Source of the DNA: a virus
Virus record (IMG/VR): IMGVR_UViG_3300045988_170943
Location: 96,001-160,000 of that record
Reading direction: 5' to 3' (one strand)
Length of the DNA: 64,000 nt
Below the pieces are notes generated by a model, which did no database searches, was not told the origin of the DNA, and saw nothing but the letters and a program-made list of their open reading frames with translations. Below are positions 19,091-29,473 of this stretch, one piece after another. The first letter of the stretch is position 1. Each line of letters begins with the position of its first letter. Both the position numbers and the translations under genes were made by a program.

Positions 19091-19411
19091 GTGAAAGGGA
19101 TGTTCAAAATGGCACAAGAGATGACCCTCAACGAGGCGATTGAGCACCTTGTTTCCGATCTTATCGATGAGATGAACACTATCGCCGAGTACAATCCTCA
19201 GTCGCACACCCTGGACATGGGGGATACCGTTGTTCGTTTCGATGAAGGCGGTAACAACTTCATCATTGACGTTGAAGATAAGGTTACTGGTCGATGGACT
19301 GAGGTGTGGCCTTCTGTCCGTGGGCGTGACGCATTCCCATGCGAGGATCTTGACGACAAGGAGATCAAGCACATCGCTAAGCAGATTGTTGCCTTCATTG
19401 ACGGCGAGTAA
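19091..19411 (+). CDS. hypothetical acidic protein
   Basis: 106 aa (MKGMFKMAQEMTLNEAIEHLVSDLIDEM...). Confidence 0.45.
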   Translation: MKGMFKMAQEMTLNEAIEHLVSDLIDEMNTIAEYNPQSHTLDMGDTVVRFDEGGNNFIIDVEDKVTGRWTEVWPSVRGRDAFPCEDLDDKEIKHIAKQIVAFIDGE

Positions 19412-19469
19412 CGAAGTCAACAATTCGCAAACTGACTGGGAAAATATGACACAGGGAGAAGGAGGCGTT

Positions 19470-19688
19470 ATGGGGACAGAGAGCACTCAAAACAGCAAGG
19501 TCAGTCCAGGTCTCATCATGACTGTCGCAGTGCTGCTGATTATTGAGGCCGCTGTCGGCTTACTCATCGGGTACGCAATGCAAGCGTCTGGGGTCAGTAC
19601 CCCCATGATGGCTGCTGTATGTGCTGCAATGATCGTGTCTTTCATTGCAGCAGGATTGGTCATCTGTCGTAAGTGGAACAACGACTAA
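19470..19688 (+). CDS. small two-TM membrane protein (holin-like topology)
   Basis: ggagaaggagg SD, then ATG. Product is 72 aa with two hydrophobic helices (LIMTVAVLLIIEAAVGLLIGY / MMAAVCAAMIVSFIAAGLVI) and a charged C-terminus (CRKWNND). Confidence 0.4.
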   Translation: MGTESTQNSKVSPGLIMTVAVLLIIEAAVGLLIGYAMQASGVSTPMMAAVCAAMIVSFIAAGLVICRKWNND

Positions 19689-19741
19689 AGCAAACCGCCT
19701 CATCTCACAATCCACGAAACCAAGAGCACAGGAGAAACAAC

Positions 19742-20125
19742 ATGGACACCCAGATGCCCCATTCCGTTAAAGTCACCATGGACATTGAGGACGGTCGAGA
19801 GGTTCACACCGCCTCCCTCCTTAACGAGGACGGGGAGACCCTTATGGATGCAGACATGGTTCGCAGTCCTGCACTGTACAAGTTCCTTGTTATCGCCTGC
19901 CTTAGCGCCGAGGGCCATAAGATGGAATCCTTTGAGAATGGATCCAATGTGATGACGGCTGTGTTCCCTGCTGACTCTGAGGATAAGAACTGGAGAGAGG
20001 CTTGCTATGCTTATGCTTTCTCCCTTAACCTGATTGAAGTTGTTAGGGGGTCTGATGTGATGGGAGGGTTCCATGGCTTCCATGATGAAGATGGAAACTT
20101 CGAGCGAATCTCGTTCACTAAGTGA
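19742..20125 (+). CDS. hypothetical protein
   Basis: aggag SD before the ATG at 19742. 127 aa. Confidence 0.45.
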   Translation: MDTQMPHSVKVTMDIEDGREVHTASLLNEDGETLMDADMVRSPALYKFLVIACLSAEGHKMESFENGSNVMTAVFPADSEDKNWREACYAYAFSLNLIEVVRGSDVMGGFHGFHDEDGNFERISFTK

Positions 20126-20193
20126 ATATATGATTGGCGTTCTGTCCTGTTCTCATGAAGGTATTGACACCGCAAAGATTGAGGGTGCTTTGA

Positions 20194-20955
20194 ATGGCTA
20201 GCACATCCACAAGCAACCTTATTCAGTACGTTAAGTGCATCCTTTCCCCACTTGTAGGGCGGGAAGTGTTCAACTTCGTTAAGGTTATCACCGACAAGGT
20301 TGTGATCAATAACGTGGGGTCGGCAATCAAGAAGGATCTTGTCCTATACGCGAAAGCACATGGTGAAGCCCAGCCAACTAAGGTGGCTCTTCCAACTGAG
20401 GTACTGAACATCTCCTCAATTGACACCAAGGGCTTCCCTTTCGTCCTTGACTCCATCAGTATGACGTACAAGGTTGGTTTGGAAGATCATGTCACTATTG
20501 ACCTCCTTGATTCTAGTGGTGAAGTGAAGGTTCAGGTTGTTGCTGTCCTGAAGTCTCCTGGGGCGGGCAATGTGCTCGAACTCGCTATGCATGATTATGA
20601 GGTCTCTGCGGGCCTGAAGTTCCCTGAACTGGAATACGAAGGGGCAACAAATGTTGATGCCTTGAAACGGGCCGCGAACGACGTGAAAGAAGTAGCCAAC
20701 CACCTCATTCACCCTTACCAGAGTTTCAGCAAGAGCAGCACTATGCTTCCAGTTGGTGGAGACGACGGCTGCGGGTGCCTTGAAGTCAGGGTAGTCGAGA
20801 GTCACCCTATGGTTCGCCTCTCGTTCCTTATCACCTCGTTCAGACCCTCGCACGCGGGATGGCTCGCTGACGACATCACTACCAGGGTGATTGGGGCACT
20901 GACTGAGAAGGGATACATGGTTGAGGCAGGATCCAAGAGCATGAGTTTCTGGTAG
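20194..20955 (+). CDS. hypothetical protein
   Basis: 253-aa ORF. Confidence 0.5.
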   Translation: MASTSTSNLIQYVKCILSPLVGREVFNFVKVITDKVVINNVGSAIKKDLVLYAKAHGEAQPTKVALPTEVLNISSIDTKGFPFVLDSISMTYKVGLEDHVTIDLLDSSGEVKVQVVAVLKSPGAGNVLELAMHDYEVSAGLKFPELEYEGATNVDALKRAANDVKEVANHLIHPYQSFSKSSTMLPVGGDDGCGCLEVRVVESHPMVRLSFLITSFRPSHAGWLADDITTRVIGALTEKGYMVEAGSKSMSFW

Positions 20956-21086
20956 GCAACAACTAGAACACTCCGAAAGATTGCCCCTAGAAGGAGTGCC
21001 TGTACCTTGAGTTATCCTTCTAGGGGCAATCTTGTTGACATCCTTTCAGTATTCCATTCCTAGTAAGAGAATGGCATCACTGCGAG

Positions 21087-21875
21087 TCACAGTCTCCCTG
21101 TCGTCACGAATACTTCAGGTCGCTCATCCTCATAGGTGTCAACCATGAGAGTGACCTCCAGAACAGGTTTACCAGTATCGTCAACCGCCTCAATAACCAC
21201 AGTAGCCATCATATGATCACTGGATACTGGATTGGACTTCTGGCTCAGAATCCTGACGTCATGAATCTTGGCTTTTTGGAAGAACTTGTAGTTACAAACC
21301 CACGTATCATCCCTGTAGTCACATGACGACTTATTGTCAATAATAGTGACTGTCTCAGCACCACCATCAAGAACGATCTTGACGCTATCCTCCGTGTGCT
21401 CCATTCTGGCGGCTTTATGACCGCTCAGAGAATCAATAATCTTCTTGATGTCAGAATCTTGGGTTGAGAACAGCAGATTACTAGTGCACTCAGGCCGGTA
21501 TGTTTTTACGTCATCAATCTCTGACTCACCAGCATAGAAGACAAGATCGAATGCGTCTTTGAAACCGTGAACATGGATCCTCACAATGTCTCGTTCCGCT
21601 TCACTGACCTTAGTGACGGACGAGGCAACCGCACCTTCAGCCCTGTCAATGTTAGGAGAGATGGTGAACCATGCACCGTCAACAAGCACCGACAGCCCAT
21701 CATACGTCTTGATAAGCAAGTGTGAGTAGCAGTCAGTTTCCCTCTTCTCGACCATTTCAATACGGCGCCCAACCATCTCACTGAGAGCATCCTGCACATT
21801 ATCGCATATGAAAGCACACATTAGGTCTCCCTTTACTTGTTCTCCGACTTCAACCAGTAGCATAAGCCGAAACAC
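21087..21875 (-). CDS. hypothetical protein, tandem paralog 1
   Basis: Its C-terminal region VIEAVDDTGKPVLEVTLMVDT aligns with ILEAVDDCGDPVMDIYLATT of ORF 21972..22745. Confidence 0.5.
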   Translation of the reverse strand: MFRLMLLVEVGEQVKGDLMCAFICDNVQDALSEMVGRRIEMVEKRETDCYSHLLIKTYDGLSVLVDGAWFTISPNIDRAEGAVASSVTKVSEAERDIVRIHVHGFKDAFDLVFYAGESEIDDVKTYRPECTSNLLFSTQDSDIKKIIDSLSGHKAARMEHTEDSVKIVLDGGAETVTIIDNKSSCDYRDDTWVCNYKFFQKAKIHDVRILSQKSNPVSSDHMMATVVIEAVDDTGKPVLEVTLMVDTYEDERPEVFVTTGRL

Positions 21876-21971
21876 AGGTGAAGGTCAACCCTTAGTGAGA
21901 GTGAGATAGGTAACTCACGTCACACTTGAGGGTCAACCTTCATGTCCGTCTTGGATGATCGGAGGTGACGG

Positions 21972-22745
21972 CTAGTTCGCCTGCATCACAATCAGAGGCA
22001 TACGCTCCTTGCCTTCCGCAGTCGTAGCCAGGTAGATATCCATAACAGGATCTCCGCAGTCGTCAACGGCCTCCAGAATGGAGGTTCCCTGATTCTCCCC
22101 AGTTGAAGACACCCAGGATCCCTGCTGCGCGATACTCACGTCATGGATGATGATCCGCTCCTGGTATAACTTGTGGTAGCGAACCCAGGTGACAGGCTCA
22201 TGACCGTTGTTGGCGTCCTTAATAGTCAAGATACCATTCTCGCCACTGTTATCAACGAAGTGGATGCTGATCTCGTCCTCACCATCCCTGTCCACCTTGT
22301 CAACGCTGACACCAATGAGCGACTTAGCGATGGAGGACACATCACTGTCGTAGTGGGAGAACATTCGAGGGGCTGAGTAAGTCGCACAAACCCACTCGGC
22401 AGCAACACTGTTCTCATCCTGAAACTCAACATGGAGCAGGATTCTACCTTCGCTCTGCCTCAGTGACAGACGTCGCATCAAAGGATTCCAGTACACTTCT
22501 TCGACCACATGCCCTTCAAGGAGATCACTGAAGTGCTTGGTCAGAGTGATTCCCTTTGCGGAAATCTTCAGGTAACTTCCGACTGGGGTTTTGATACGAA
22601 GCAGGTCGTTACCATGCTCTTGAGTTAAAGTAACACTTTGGACTCGCCTACCGACAAGAAGTCGAGCCTCATCGTAGACAGCATCCTCTTGCTTGCCTTC
22701 TGCCATTACACTACCCTTCCTACCTGGGTGCTCAATCATTGACAC
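21972..22745 (-). CDS. hypothetical protein, tandem paralog 2
   Basis: 257 aa. Shares a C-terminal module with 21087..21875. Confidence 0.5.
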   Translation of the reverse strand: MSMIEHPGRKGSVMAEGKQEDAVYDEARLLVGRRVQSVTLTQEHGNDLLRIKTPVGSYLKISAKGITLTKHFSDLLEGHVVEEVYWNPLMRRLSLRQSEGRILLHVEFQDENSVAAEWVCATYSAPRMFSHYDSDVSSIAKSLIGVSVDKVDRDGEDEISIHFVDNSGENGILTIKDANNGHEPVTWVRYHKLYQERIIIHDVSIAQQGSWVSSTGENQGTSILEAVDDCGDPVMDIYLATTAEGKERMPLIVMQAN

Positions 22746-22750
22746 CCGGG

Positions 22751-23020
22751 CTACTCAACCCGCTCATAGGTCTCAAAGAAGATGTCACGGCGGCAGCAAT
22801 AGTGCTCACCTCGCACACCCTCAATGACGTACCCACCAAAGGCCCCATGCATTGGACCCTCCAGTGTCGGAATCGTGATACCGCCATCCACGACCTCGCC
22901 ACCAACCCAATCAGCGACCTCCTGGGCGTTACCCTCAGTCAGTTCAACCGCTTTGATCCTCGTTGGACGCTTCTGCCAGCACTCAATCTTCATACTCTGT
23001 ACTCTTCCCCTAGATTTCAT
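22751..23020 (-). CDS. small hypothetical protein
   Basis: 89 aa. Its stop is 6 nt from the start of 21972..22745, so the two are operonic. Confidence 0.4.
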   Translation of the reverse strand: MKSRGRVQSMKIECWQKRPTRIKAVELTEGNAQEVADWVGGEVVDGGITIPTLEGPMHGAFGGYVIEGVRGEHYCCRRDIFFETYERVE

Positions 23021-23109
23021 TCAGGTTGCTTCTAGTTGTCAACTCAAACACATGCCTCATTTGTCTAAGTCACCTGCATCTACGTCACACAAATGGTTCT
23101 GTGATCGCT

Positions 23110-23718
23110 TTAGAGATTACCATCGATCTCGCTAATGGCTGCATTAATGTACGCTCGCACGTTGCTGATGACGTCCTCTTCGTCATCATCGAGAGGGAGT
23201 TCTCCTTCTGGGCTGACAACAACGTGTGTGCTACTGATGTCATGATCATCGAACTCGATATACCCGATGATCCTGGAGATTCCGAAAATCTCAACCTTCA
23301 TACCTTCTTCGACCTGACAAACAACAGATCGGCCTGAAATTAGACTCTTTCGGATGAAAGATTCGTCAATGTAGGTGATAAAGTACTCCATCACCTTGAC
23401 GCGAAATACATCTCGACTAATCAGCATGATAATGTCGTCAACAGGATGGATTGACGAGATGGTTCGCACACCATAGATCCCGTCTATTGTCACCTCATCA
23501 TATTTGTCAGTGATGCTGTAACTGAGTAGCGTGTCATCGTTCTCGATAGAGAAGCACCCGTACCAGTTTCCGCCAGATACCTCGATGTCACCAAAACTAT
23601 TCTCTTGAATCATGAAGGCGTCTGACACCCTAAAAATCGCATCCACCAAAGCGCTCTTGATAGGGGTGAGTCCTTCTCGGTTCTTCTTAGAGAACCTGTA
23701 GTAAGTATTGTTGCCCAT
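23110..23718 (-). CDS. hypothetical protein
   Basis: 202-aa ORF. Confidence 0.45.
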   Translation of the reverse strand: MGNNTYYRFSKKNREGLTPIKSALVDAIFRVSDAFMIQENSFGDIEVSGGNWYGCFSIENDDTLLSYSITDKYDEVTIDGIYGVRTISSIHPVDDIIMLISRDVFRVKVMEYFITYIDESFIRKSLISGRSVVCQVEEGMKVEIFGISRIIGYIEFDDHDISSTHVVVSPEGELPLDDDEEDVISNVRAYINAAISEIDGNL

Positions 23719-24124
23719 GGTTTATTTTCGATCTATTCTTTCGTGTGCTGATGTTTCAGTTTCTCGGGCGCTACTGTTCAGGGTCGTCCCACTCGAACCA
23801 GATCCCGAGGTCATCTGTCAGGTTCCCGTCCTCGTTGAATACGTTAGAGATCCGGAAAGATGATGGAGTATCAGGGCGCTCCACAACGTCAGTGCTGTCC
23901 AGGATGCGCCGCAGTGTGTCCGTACCACCAACGAATACGTATGGGGCGTCAGACCATTCGTGTGTCATGTACGAGATGTCCCGAATCAGCACAATGCTAG
24001 TCATGCGCAGAGGAACAAAAACGCGCACAGCAACTCCTTACTACTAGCAGGTCATGTTCAGGTCAGTGCCACCATAGTACATCATCAAGAGCAACACTAT
24101 CAACCCGATTAAGCATGACACAGA

Positions 24125-24577
24125 TCACATCACATCAGGATTTCTGTAGAAGGCAATGTTTCCCTCTTCGGTCACCTGCAACTGCGGTGAGAGACCGCCC
24201 GCGTCACCGACCTGGAATACCTCAACCCGTGGACCTTGCGCACCAACACCAATCATTGACATGTGAGCAACAACAACATTACCGAAACACGAACCTACAC
24301 CTTGTAGGATTGCCTCTTTGAGCAGGGTCTTGTTCTGGAACACATCTCTCACCACGGATAGGCAGGATAAGTCAGAAACATCCACCACGCAAAACTTGAG
24401 GACAGACGAGTTGCCAGCCGAATCCTCTTCGACCTCTGTCACAACTGAAGCACTATCTTCGTTTCGAATGTTTTCGACGCGGCAGCGGATTTCGTTAGCC
24501 ACGATCTGGGCGGCCTCCATGTTTCCATTGAAGAGGACGATACCACTAATTGACGCAACATTTTCTGGCACTAGCAT
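24125..24577 (-). CDS. hypothetical protein
   Basis: 150 aa. Confidence 0.4.
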   Translation of the reverse strand: MLVPENVASISGIVLFNGNMEAAQIVANEIRCRVENIRNEDSASVVTEVEEDSAGNSSVLKFCVVDVSDLSCLSVVRDVFQNKTLLKEAILQGVGSCFGNVVVAHMSMIGVGAQGPRVEVFQVGDAGGLSPQLQVTEEGNIAFYRNPDVM

Positions 24578-24583
24578 CGTCTA

Positions 24584-25246
24584 TCACAGATCCTTATCTA
24601 CTCTCATTGTGTACATGTCTCCTGAGGAGTGAATGACTCGCATTTCTCCAATGAAGTGACCTCCAGTGCCCTCCCCAAAGTCAAGGAGCGTGAACCCGTT
24701 ATCGTTCAGGCAATGCTCCACTAGGATGGATGCGTGCTCAGCGTCAGACACCCTGGCAATAGTTACTCCAGCCCGATACACCTTGCCCAGAAAGTCTTCA
24801 ATCGAGTTGGACTCTTCAAGGAAGATGCGGGCACTCCCCTGACTGTCGTGATCTGAAGCCAGCGAGATGAGTGCTATCATGGCTGCCGCAATGTCGGGCG
24901 CCGCCTCTGGGGCGAGAGGGGTATCGTCAACGGCCCATCCTTCTTCGTTCCACTCAGATGCACCCTCCCAGTAGACCAGCCACAGGTCATCCTCCTTGTC
25001 GCTGGAGTCACCGAAGATGAAGAGGTTCTGGTTCTGTCGAATAAACCTTAAAGCCCTAGTAACCGCCTGATCCACCTTGGGCGACAGGAGCCCCAGCATT
25101 GACGCTCTACCTCCGCACTCTTCAATGTCGTTGAGGTGTTTGACGAACTCGGCGGGAGTATCAGCCTGTTTCAAAGACTTCACATACCCTGAAACCTCAT
25201 TGATGTTCGAAATCACTCCTGTGCCTCCTTGTGGCGCTTCTTCCAT
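24584..25246 (-). CDS. hypothetical protein
   Basis: 220 aa. Starts 7 nt after the end of the upstream gene in the same minus-strand operon. Confidence 0.45.
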   Translation of the reverse strand: MEEAPQGGTGVISNINEVSGYVKSLKQADTPAEFVKHLNDIEECGGRASMLGLLSPKVDQAVTRALRFIRQNQNLFIFGDSSDKEDDLWLVYWEGASEWNEEGWAVDDTPLAPEAAPDIAAAMIALISLASDHDSQGSARIFLEESNSIEDFLGKVYRAGVTIARVSDAEHASILVEHCLNDNGFTLLDFGEGTGGHFIGEMRVIHSSGDMYTMRVDKDL

Positions 25247-25429
25247 CCTGGCTCAGTACTTCAGGCCGAAGATGCGTTTTCGGTCATCCTTACGGAACAT
25301 CTTAGGCCGATGGAACCCGAACTTGTAAACCTCAGCACCAGTGTCGTTGGTGGCTGTGATAACACCGTCAGACAGGATGTTGTATGCTCGCTCCGCCCCA
25401 GTGAGACCCGAGATGTTGACACTCGCTGA

Positions 25430-26962
25430 CTAGGTTGGAGATCCCCTAGAATCTAGGGTTTCTCTCACCATCATCAGCGTCGCCTCGGTTTTTATTTCCG
25501 AGGTACCGGTGTGCCCCTGGATTCTACTCAGGGCAGTGACCGGTTTCGACTGCCGCGTAACAGCCGAACTTCGCATTTCCTTTCTCTGACGAAGCAGAGA
25601 ACGCATTCTCTCTCGTGTTCGAGATGAAGGAGATGCCGCACGCAGAGCAATCTCTCTGGATGCTGAGACATCCCGGTTCAACTCAAAACCACAGGTAGTG
25701 CAGGTGCCAACTCGGGTAGATGTGTTGTTTCTGGTTCTATCTCCGCAGCGAGAACAGGTTCTAGAGGTGTCTTTAGCACTCACCTTGGTTACTTTAAGGC
25801 CGTAGCGCTTAGCCGTATTCTCAATGCGACTCTGAATCTCCGCATGAGGCCAACGACCTCCCTGAGCATCCAGCCAGGACAGGTTCTCTAAAGAAACGTG
25901 AGCGTCGTTCCGATCTGCGATCTCTACTACCTGGCTGGCGATGCACTGACTGATCTCGCGCTTGATACGAGTGGCCTTAGCACTGACTCGCCTGGCTTCT
26001 TCTCTGAGAACTTGGGCGTGCTGATCTCGATTGTGCTTCTCGCAGAGGTTCGCTCGCTCGTACAGATGAGCGGCTAGATCGCGGCGTTTCTGTTCCTTCT
26101 TAACTAAGGCTCCGAGTCGTCTCTTATAGTTGGCGTGATATGGGGCAGACCTGTGCTTACTCTTAGGATCGATGACTGTAGCGACGAACGGCTCGACCTT
26201 ACCCAGATCAACACCCGTGATTATCTTGGTCTGGCTGGCATCTATTTCGTGCTCAATAGTGATGTCGAAGACGACCTGTCCCTTGTTGTTCAGGCGGATA
26301 GTTGGACGACAGATCTTACCTTCACTGAATCTCTCGCTGTTCTCTGGTAGCCTGAGATAGAGTCTGGTGAGACCATAAGTAGGCGTCTTAACCTGAACAG
26401 TGACACTTAGAGGATCGTTGTCATCTCTTGATGCTTTGGGCGCGAAGTGAGTGTCACAGACCGCCAGGTTCAGTTTAGCGCTCACGCCTGGTAGAGACGC
26501 TTTCCTTTCGCCCTTGATGTGATAACGTCTCAGGTGAGAGCAGACCATGCCACTGGTTGGTTGCGGGGCATCAGGATAGGTGTTCTTGTAATGAGATAGT
26601 ATCTGGTCCGGTTTTGTCGTGCTCGGGTGAGTACTCATTACTTGGAACAGGCCAACACTCATGGCGTACAGTTCCAGAGCACTCACTACGTTTGAGACCA
26701 GCATCTCGTTCATATTGTGCTTCTGAAACGAGAAGCCGTAGCGACTCAGCCTCTTCCTGCCCCAGGAGTTCAGAGAACCAGTCGGCCTGTCACCTTGCAG
26801 AGCCTTGATCGCTAAATCATGAAACTCACGGCTGGCAAGCACCTCTCGTTCTGACTCGGCCATCCAGGCGACCATCTGAGCCAGATCGCGTTCAACCTGC
26901 TCCACGTCAACCCCGCCGTCAGTGGTGAACCTGTGCCTGGTTACTGCGTCGTAGTACTTCAC
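25430..26962 (-). CDS. tnpB: TnpB-like (IS605 OrfB family) RuvC + zinc-ribbon nuclease, solo copy
   Basis: RuvC-I ITGVDLGKV, RuvC-II VSLENLS, zinc ribbon CSRCG...CTTCG, RuvC-III NRDVSASREIALRA. GTG start. An Arg-rich C-terminal tail of about 80 aa. No tnpA nearby. Confidence 0.8.
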   Translation of the reverse strand: MKYYDAVTRHRFTTDGGVDVEQVERDLAQMVAWMAESEREVLASREFHDLAIKALQGDRPTGSLNSWGRKRLSRYGFSFQKHNMNEMLVSNVVSALELYAMSVGLFQVMSTHPSTTKPDQILSHYKNTYPDAPQPTSGMVCSHLRRYHIKGERKASLPGVSAKLNLAVCDTHFAPKASRDDNDPLSVTVQVKTPTYGLTRLYLRLPENSERFSEGKICRPTIRLNNKGQVVFDITIEHEIDASQTKIITGVDLGKVEPFVATVIDPKSKHRSAPYHANYKRRLGALVKKEQKRRDLAAHLYERANLCEKHNRDQHAQVLREEARRVSAKATRIKREISQCIASQVVEIADRNDAHVSLENLSWLDAQGGRWPHAEIQSRIENTAKRYGLKVTKVSAKDTSRTCSRCGDRTRNNTSTRVGTCTTCGFELNRDVSASREIALRAASPSSRTRERMRSLLRQRKEMRSSAVTRQSKPVTALSRIQGHTGTSEIKTEATLMMVRETLDSRGSPT

Positions 26963-27264
26963 AGGCTCACCTCCTTCTTGACGAGTTGATTAGCATAGAT
27001 GTGTGTATTGTAACACAGAGTGAGTGATGCTACAAGTCAAGGAATTGTAAAGGACTAGTGTGACTGCGGGCAACAGTGTTGCGGTACGCCTAATCAAAGA
27101 AGCCCTCAACGTATGGTATCCGCGATTCATCAGTAAGTACCTTTTCGTCATACTTCCTTCTCCTTCGGATTGGTCTCTTGGTTGGCTCTGCTAGTTGTTC
27201 TCTCCAACAATAGTGGAGGTTCCCGCCCTTGTTCAGAGGTAGTGGTCTTCCCCGTTTCCCCTTG

Positions 27265-28041
27265 TTACTGCCTGCCACCCTTAGTTGCATGTGACTCCAT
27301 CCTGTCGAGCGCAGCAATGTGTGACTCTGATGTGAGTAGCATTGAGTCCCACCACAAGGTGATGCGCCCATAGTTCACGTCGAACAGATGGTCTGGGCGA
27401 CCCTGGTTCGTGTCCCTGGTGACGCCGATCCCACGGAAGGCGCCTGTTATCGCCCTCCACAAATCTAGGTAGAAGGTGTTGTCGGTGGTCTCAAAGTCAA
27501 TGAAACTCCCGTCAGGGCCAGTCACTCCCACCTCGACATGGTTGATGTCATACTTGGAGTCATTACCAACGATCTTAACCCATGCCACACCCCCACCCCA
27601 CCCTTTAACAAGGGTCCCACCAACTTTATACAGAGATAAGTAAAAACCAGGATTGCCGGATAGGTACGAGATGAGATACTGAGACACTTGAGCCTCTGCC
27701 CTCATGCCCTTGAAAACCGCCTTCAACTCCTCATCGTCACCATCAATCGCTCGCCTACTAGAGAAGTAGGTGCGTCCGTCAAAAAGTTTCGCTGGCACCT
27801 TGAATACCCAACTGTCACCAAATGTGTGAATCGAGAACTCAGGCGTGTCAATAGCGAGATCATATTTGTTAGTAGAACCTTCAAGGCTTGTTGCTACCTG
27901 AACTATGTTACATCCGGCATCAAATGCCATCTCTACAGCGAGACGAATCCTAGGGTTGTCAATTTCATCTAGATCGCTGGAAAACCGGTAGTAGTTCTTC
28001 TCTGGGAAGTACCTTGTCATGGAAATCTTAGAACCGTCCAT
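27265..28041 (-). CDS. hypothetical protein
   Basis: 258 aa. Confidence 0.45.
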   Translation of the reverse strand: MDGSKISMTRYFPEKNYYRFSSDLDEIDNPRIRLAVEMAFDAGCNIVQVATSLEGSTNKYDLAIDTPEFSIHTFGDSWVFKVPAKLFDGRTYFSSRRAIDGDDEELKAVFKGMRAEAQVSQYLISYLSGNPGFYLSLYKVGGTLVKGWGGGVAWVKIVGNDSKYDINHVEVGVTGPDGSFIDFETTDNTFYLDLWRAITGAFRGIGVTRDTNQGRPDHLFDVNYGRITLWWDSMLLTSESHIAALDRMESHATKGGRQ

Positions 28042-28181
28042 CTTGATTATTCTCTCGTCTTTCTTTTTTAGTGGCTCTATCTGAATTACTATAGCACACC
28101 AGCGCCAGTTCTCGGAAGTAGCATCGTCTGTTACTCACATCACAGCGTAGAAGAGAGCACAAACATGAGGTGCCTTAACAT

Positions 28182-28613
28182 CTAGGTAGCATCGCCCGCC
28201 TGGGAGAGCAGTTCCTCTGGATGCATCTTCTGCAACGTGCTCAACATGCCTCCCCGGTTGAGTGCAACCCCTTGATCGTCCATATTCAGGACGAACTCGA
28301 TGAACACCTTACCTGGGACGCGATCTCGGACCTCAGTCACCACAAAAATAGGGCACCTTTGGGAAGTGTACGACTCCCAGAGAAACAGGAACGGCTCGTC
28401 GTCTTCAACAACGCCGGTCATGTCTCCATCACAGAGGTCTTCGAGCAGTGACCGGAACCCGCATCCATCCTTACCGTCAAAGTCGCCACGATAGTCACAA
28501 AGACTACGCAATATGGACACGCACGTGCGTGGGTCTTTATCGACGCTGAAACCCAATATGACATTGTTGCTGTCATCTGTTTGGTGAGTCAGGAAAATAT
28601 GCACCTCAGCCAC
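28182..28613 (-). CDS. hypothetical protein
   Basis: 143 aa. Confidence 0.4.
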   Translation of the reverse strand: MAEVHIFLTHQTDDSNNVILGFSVDKDPRTCVSILRSLCDYRGDFDGKDGCGFRSLLEDLCDGDMTGVVEDDEPFLFLWESYTSQRCPIFVVTEVRDRVPGKVFIEFVLNMDDQGVALNRGGMLSTLQKMHPEELLSQAGDAT

Positions 28614-28622
28614 TTTCTGAAC

Positions 28623-29258
28623 CTACCTCTGACCTTCTGGCCGCCAATAGGTGATGCCCTCGCCCGCCATCTCCGCTAGAGTCTCACTCGCCTGGTAGCG
28701 GGCACTCGTGTCGTAAAGATCCCACTGGGCAGCAGACGCGCCCTGCTGAGAGCCCCTTTCGCGGACAGGCCGCCCCACAGCGAGTACGCCAGCGTGAAGG
28801 TCGATAAACACCCCAGGAAGGGTACTCTCACCCCACCCAATGGCAGGGGCGTCCACCGCAGTCAGCCCGCCCCTACCAGCGACACGCACACCCTCCAGCA
28901 GAACAGCAGGAAAAACAGGGGTGCCCTCATCATCATTAATGTTTTCAGGTTCCATCTCCCAGACCTTGGAGCACAGGCCGCCAATGAGATGATCCATAAG
29001 GTCTGTCGAGCCCCGAACCCCAGTCAGGACGTCCTGGTAGCGTTCAAACACTGACTCCACCAGTCCCCGCAGAAGGCGAATCATCTCAACCCTCTTCGTG
29101 CTGCACAGGTAAACCGTCTGGTACGTAATCTCAACCTCACCACCAACATTGCGTACCACGTTCGAGACGAAAGAGACCGCCACACTCTCCAAGGGCCTTG
29201 TGCTCACATCCTCCTTGAAGTCCACGCCAAGAAGTCGCCCAATTAGATGCCTCATCAT
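28623..29258 (-). CDS. hypothetical protein
   Basis: 211 aa. Adjacent to 28182..28613 on the same strand. Confidence 0.45.
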   Translation of the reverse strand: MMRHLIGRLLGVDFKEDVSTRPLESVAVSFVSNVVRNVGGEVEITYQTVYLCSTKRVEMIRLLRGLVESVFERYQDVLTGVRGSTDLMDHLIGGLCSKVWEMEPENINDDEGTPVFPAVLLEGVRVAGRGGLTAVDAPAIGWGESTLPGVFIDLHAGVLAVGRPVRERGSQQGASAAQWDLYDTSARYQASETLAEMAGEGITYWRPEGQR

Positions 29259-29473
29259 CCTCTACACCTCCCCAGGTAGGGCCACTTACAACTCAACCTA
29301 TACTTTACGACACGGAGGTGACATGTGTCAACAAGCATATTGTGCTCTATGTCACACATACGAATCTCGTCACCTCACCGCCCACTGGGTTGCCTCACAC
29401 TTCCGCCTAGTGTATGCTGGACGGCAGGAAACAGGTCAACTACACCAACAAGCAACACGGACAGGAGTCATAG

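Noticed and set aside
25452-25463. 12-mer tctagggtttct shared between the 3' regions of the two TnpB-like genes (also at 56652-56663).
   Set aside because: The genes are on opposite strands, so the shared word is antisense in one of them. In copy 1 it is part of a short palindrome (ccctagaatctaggg). Most likely coincidence, not a shared IS end or guide scaffold.
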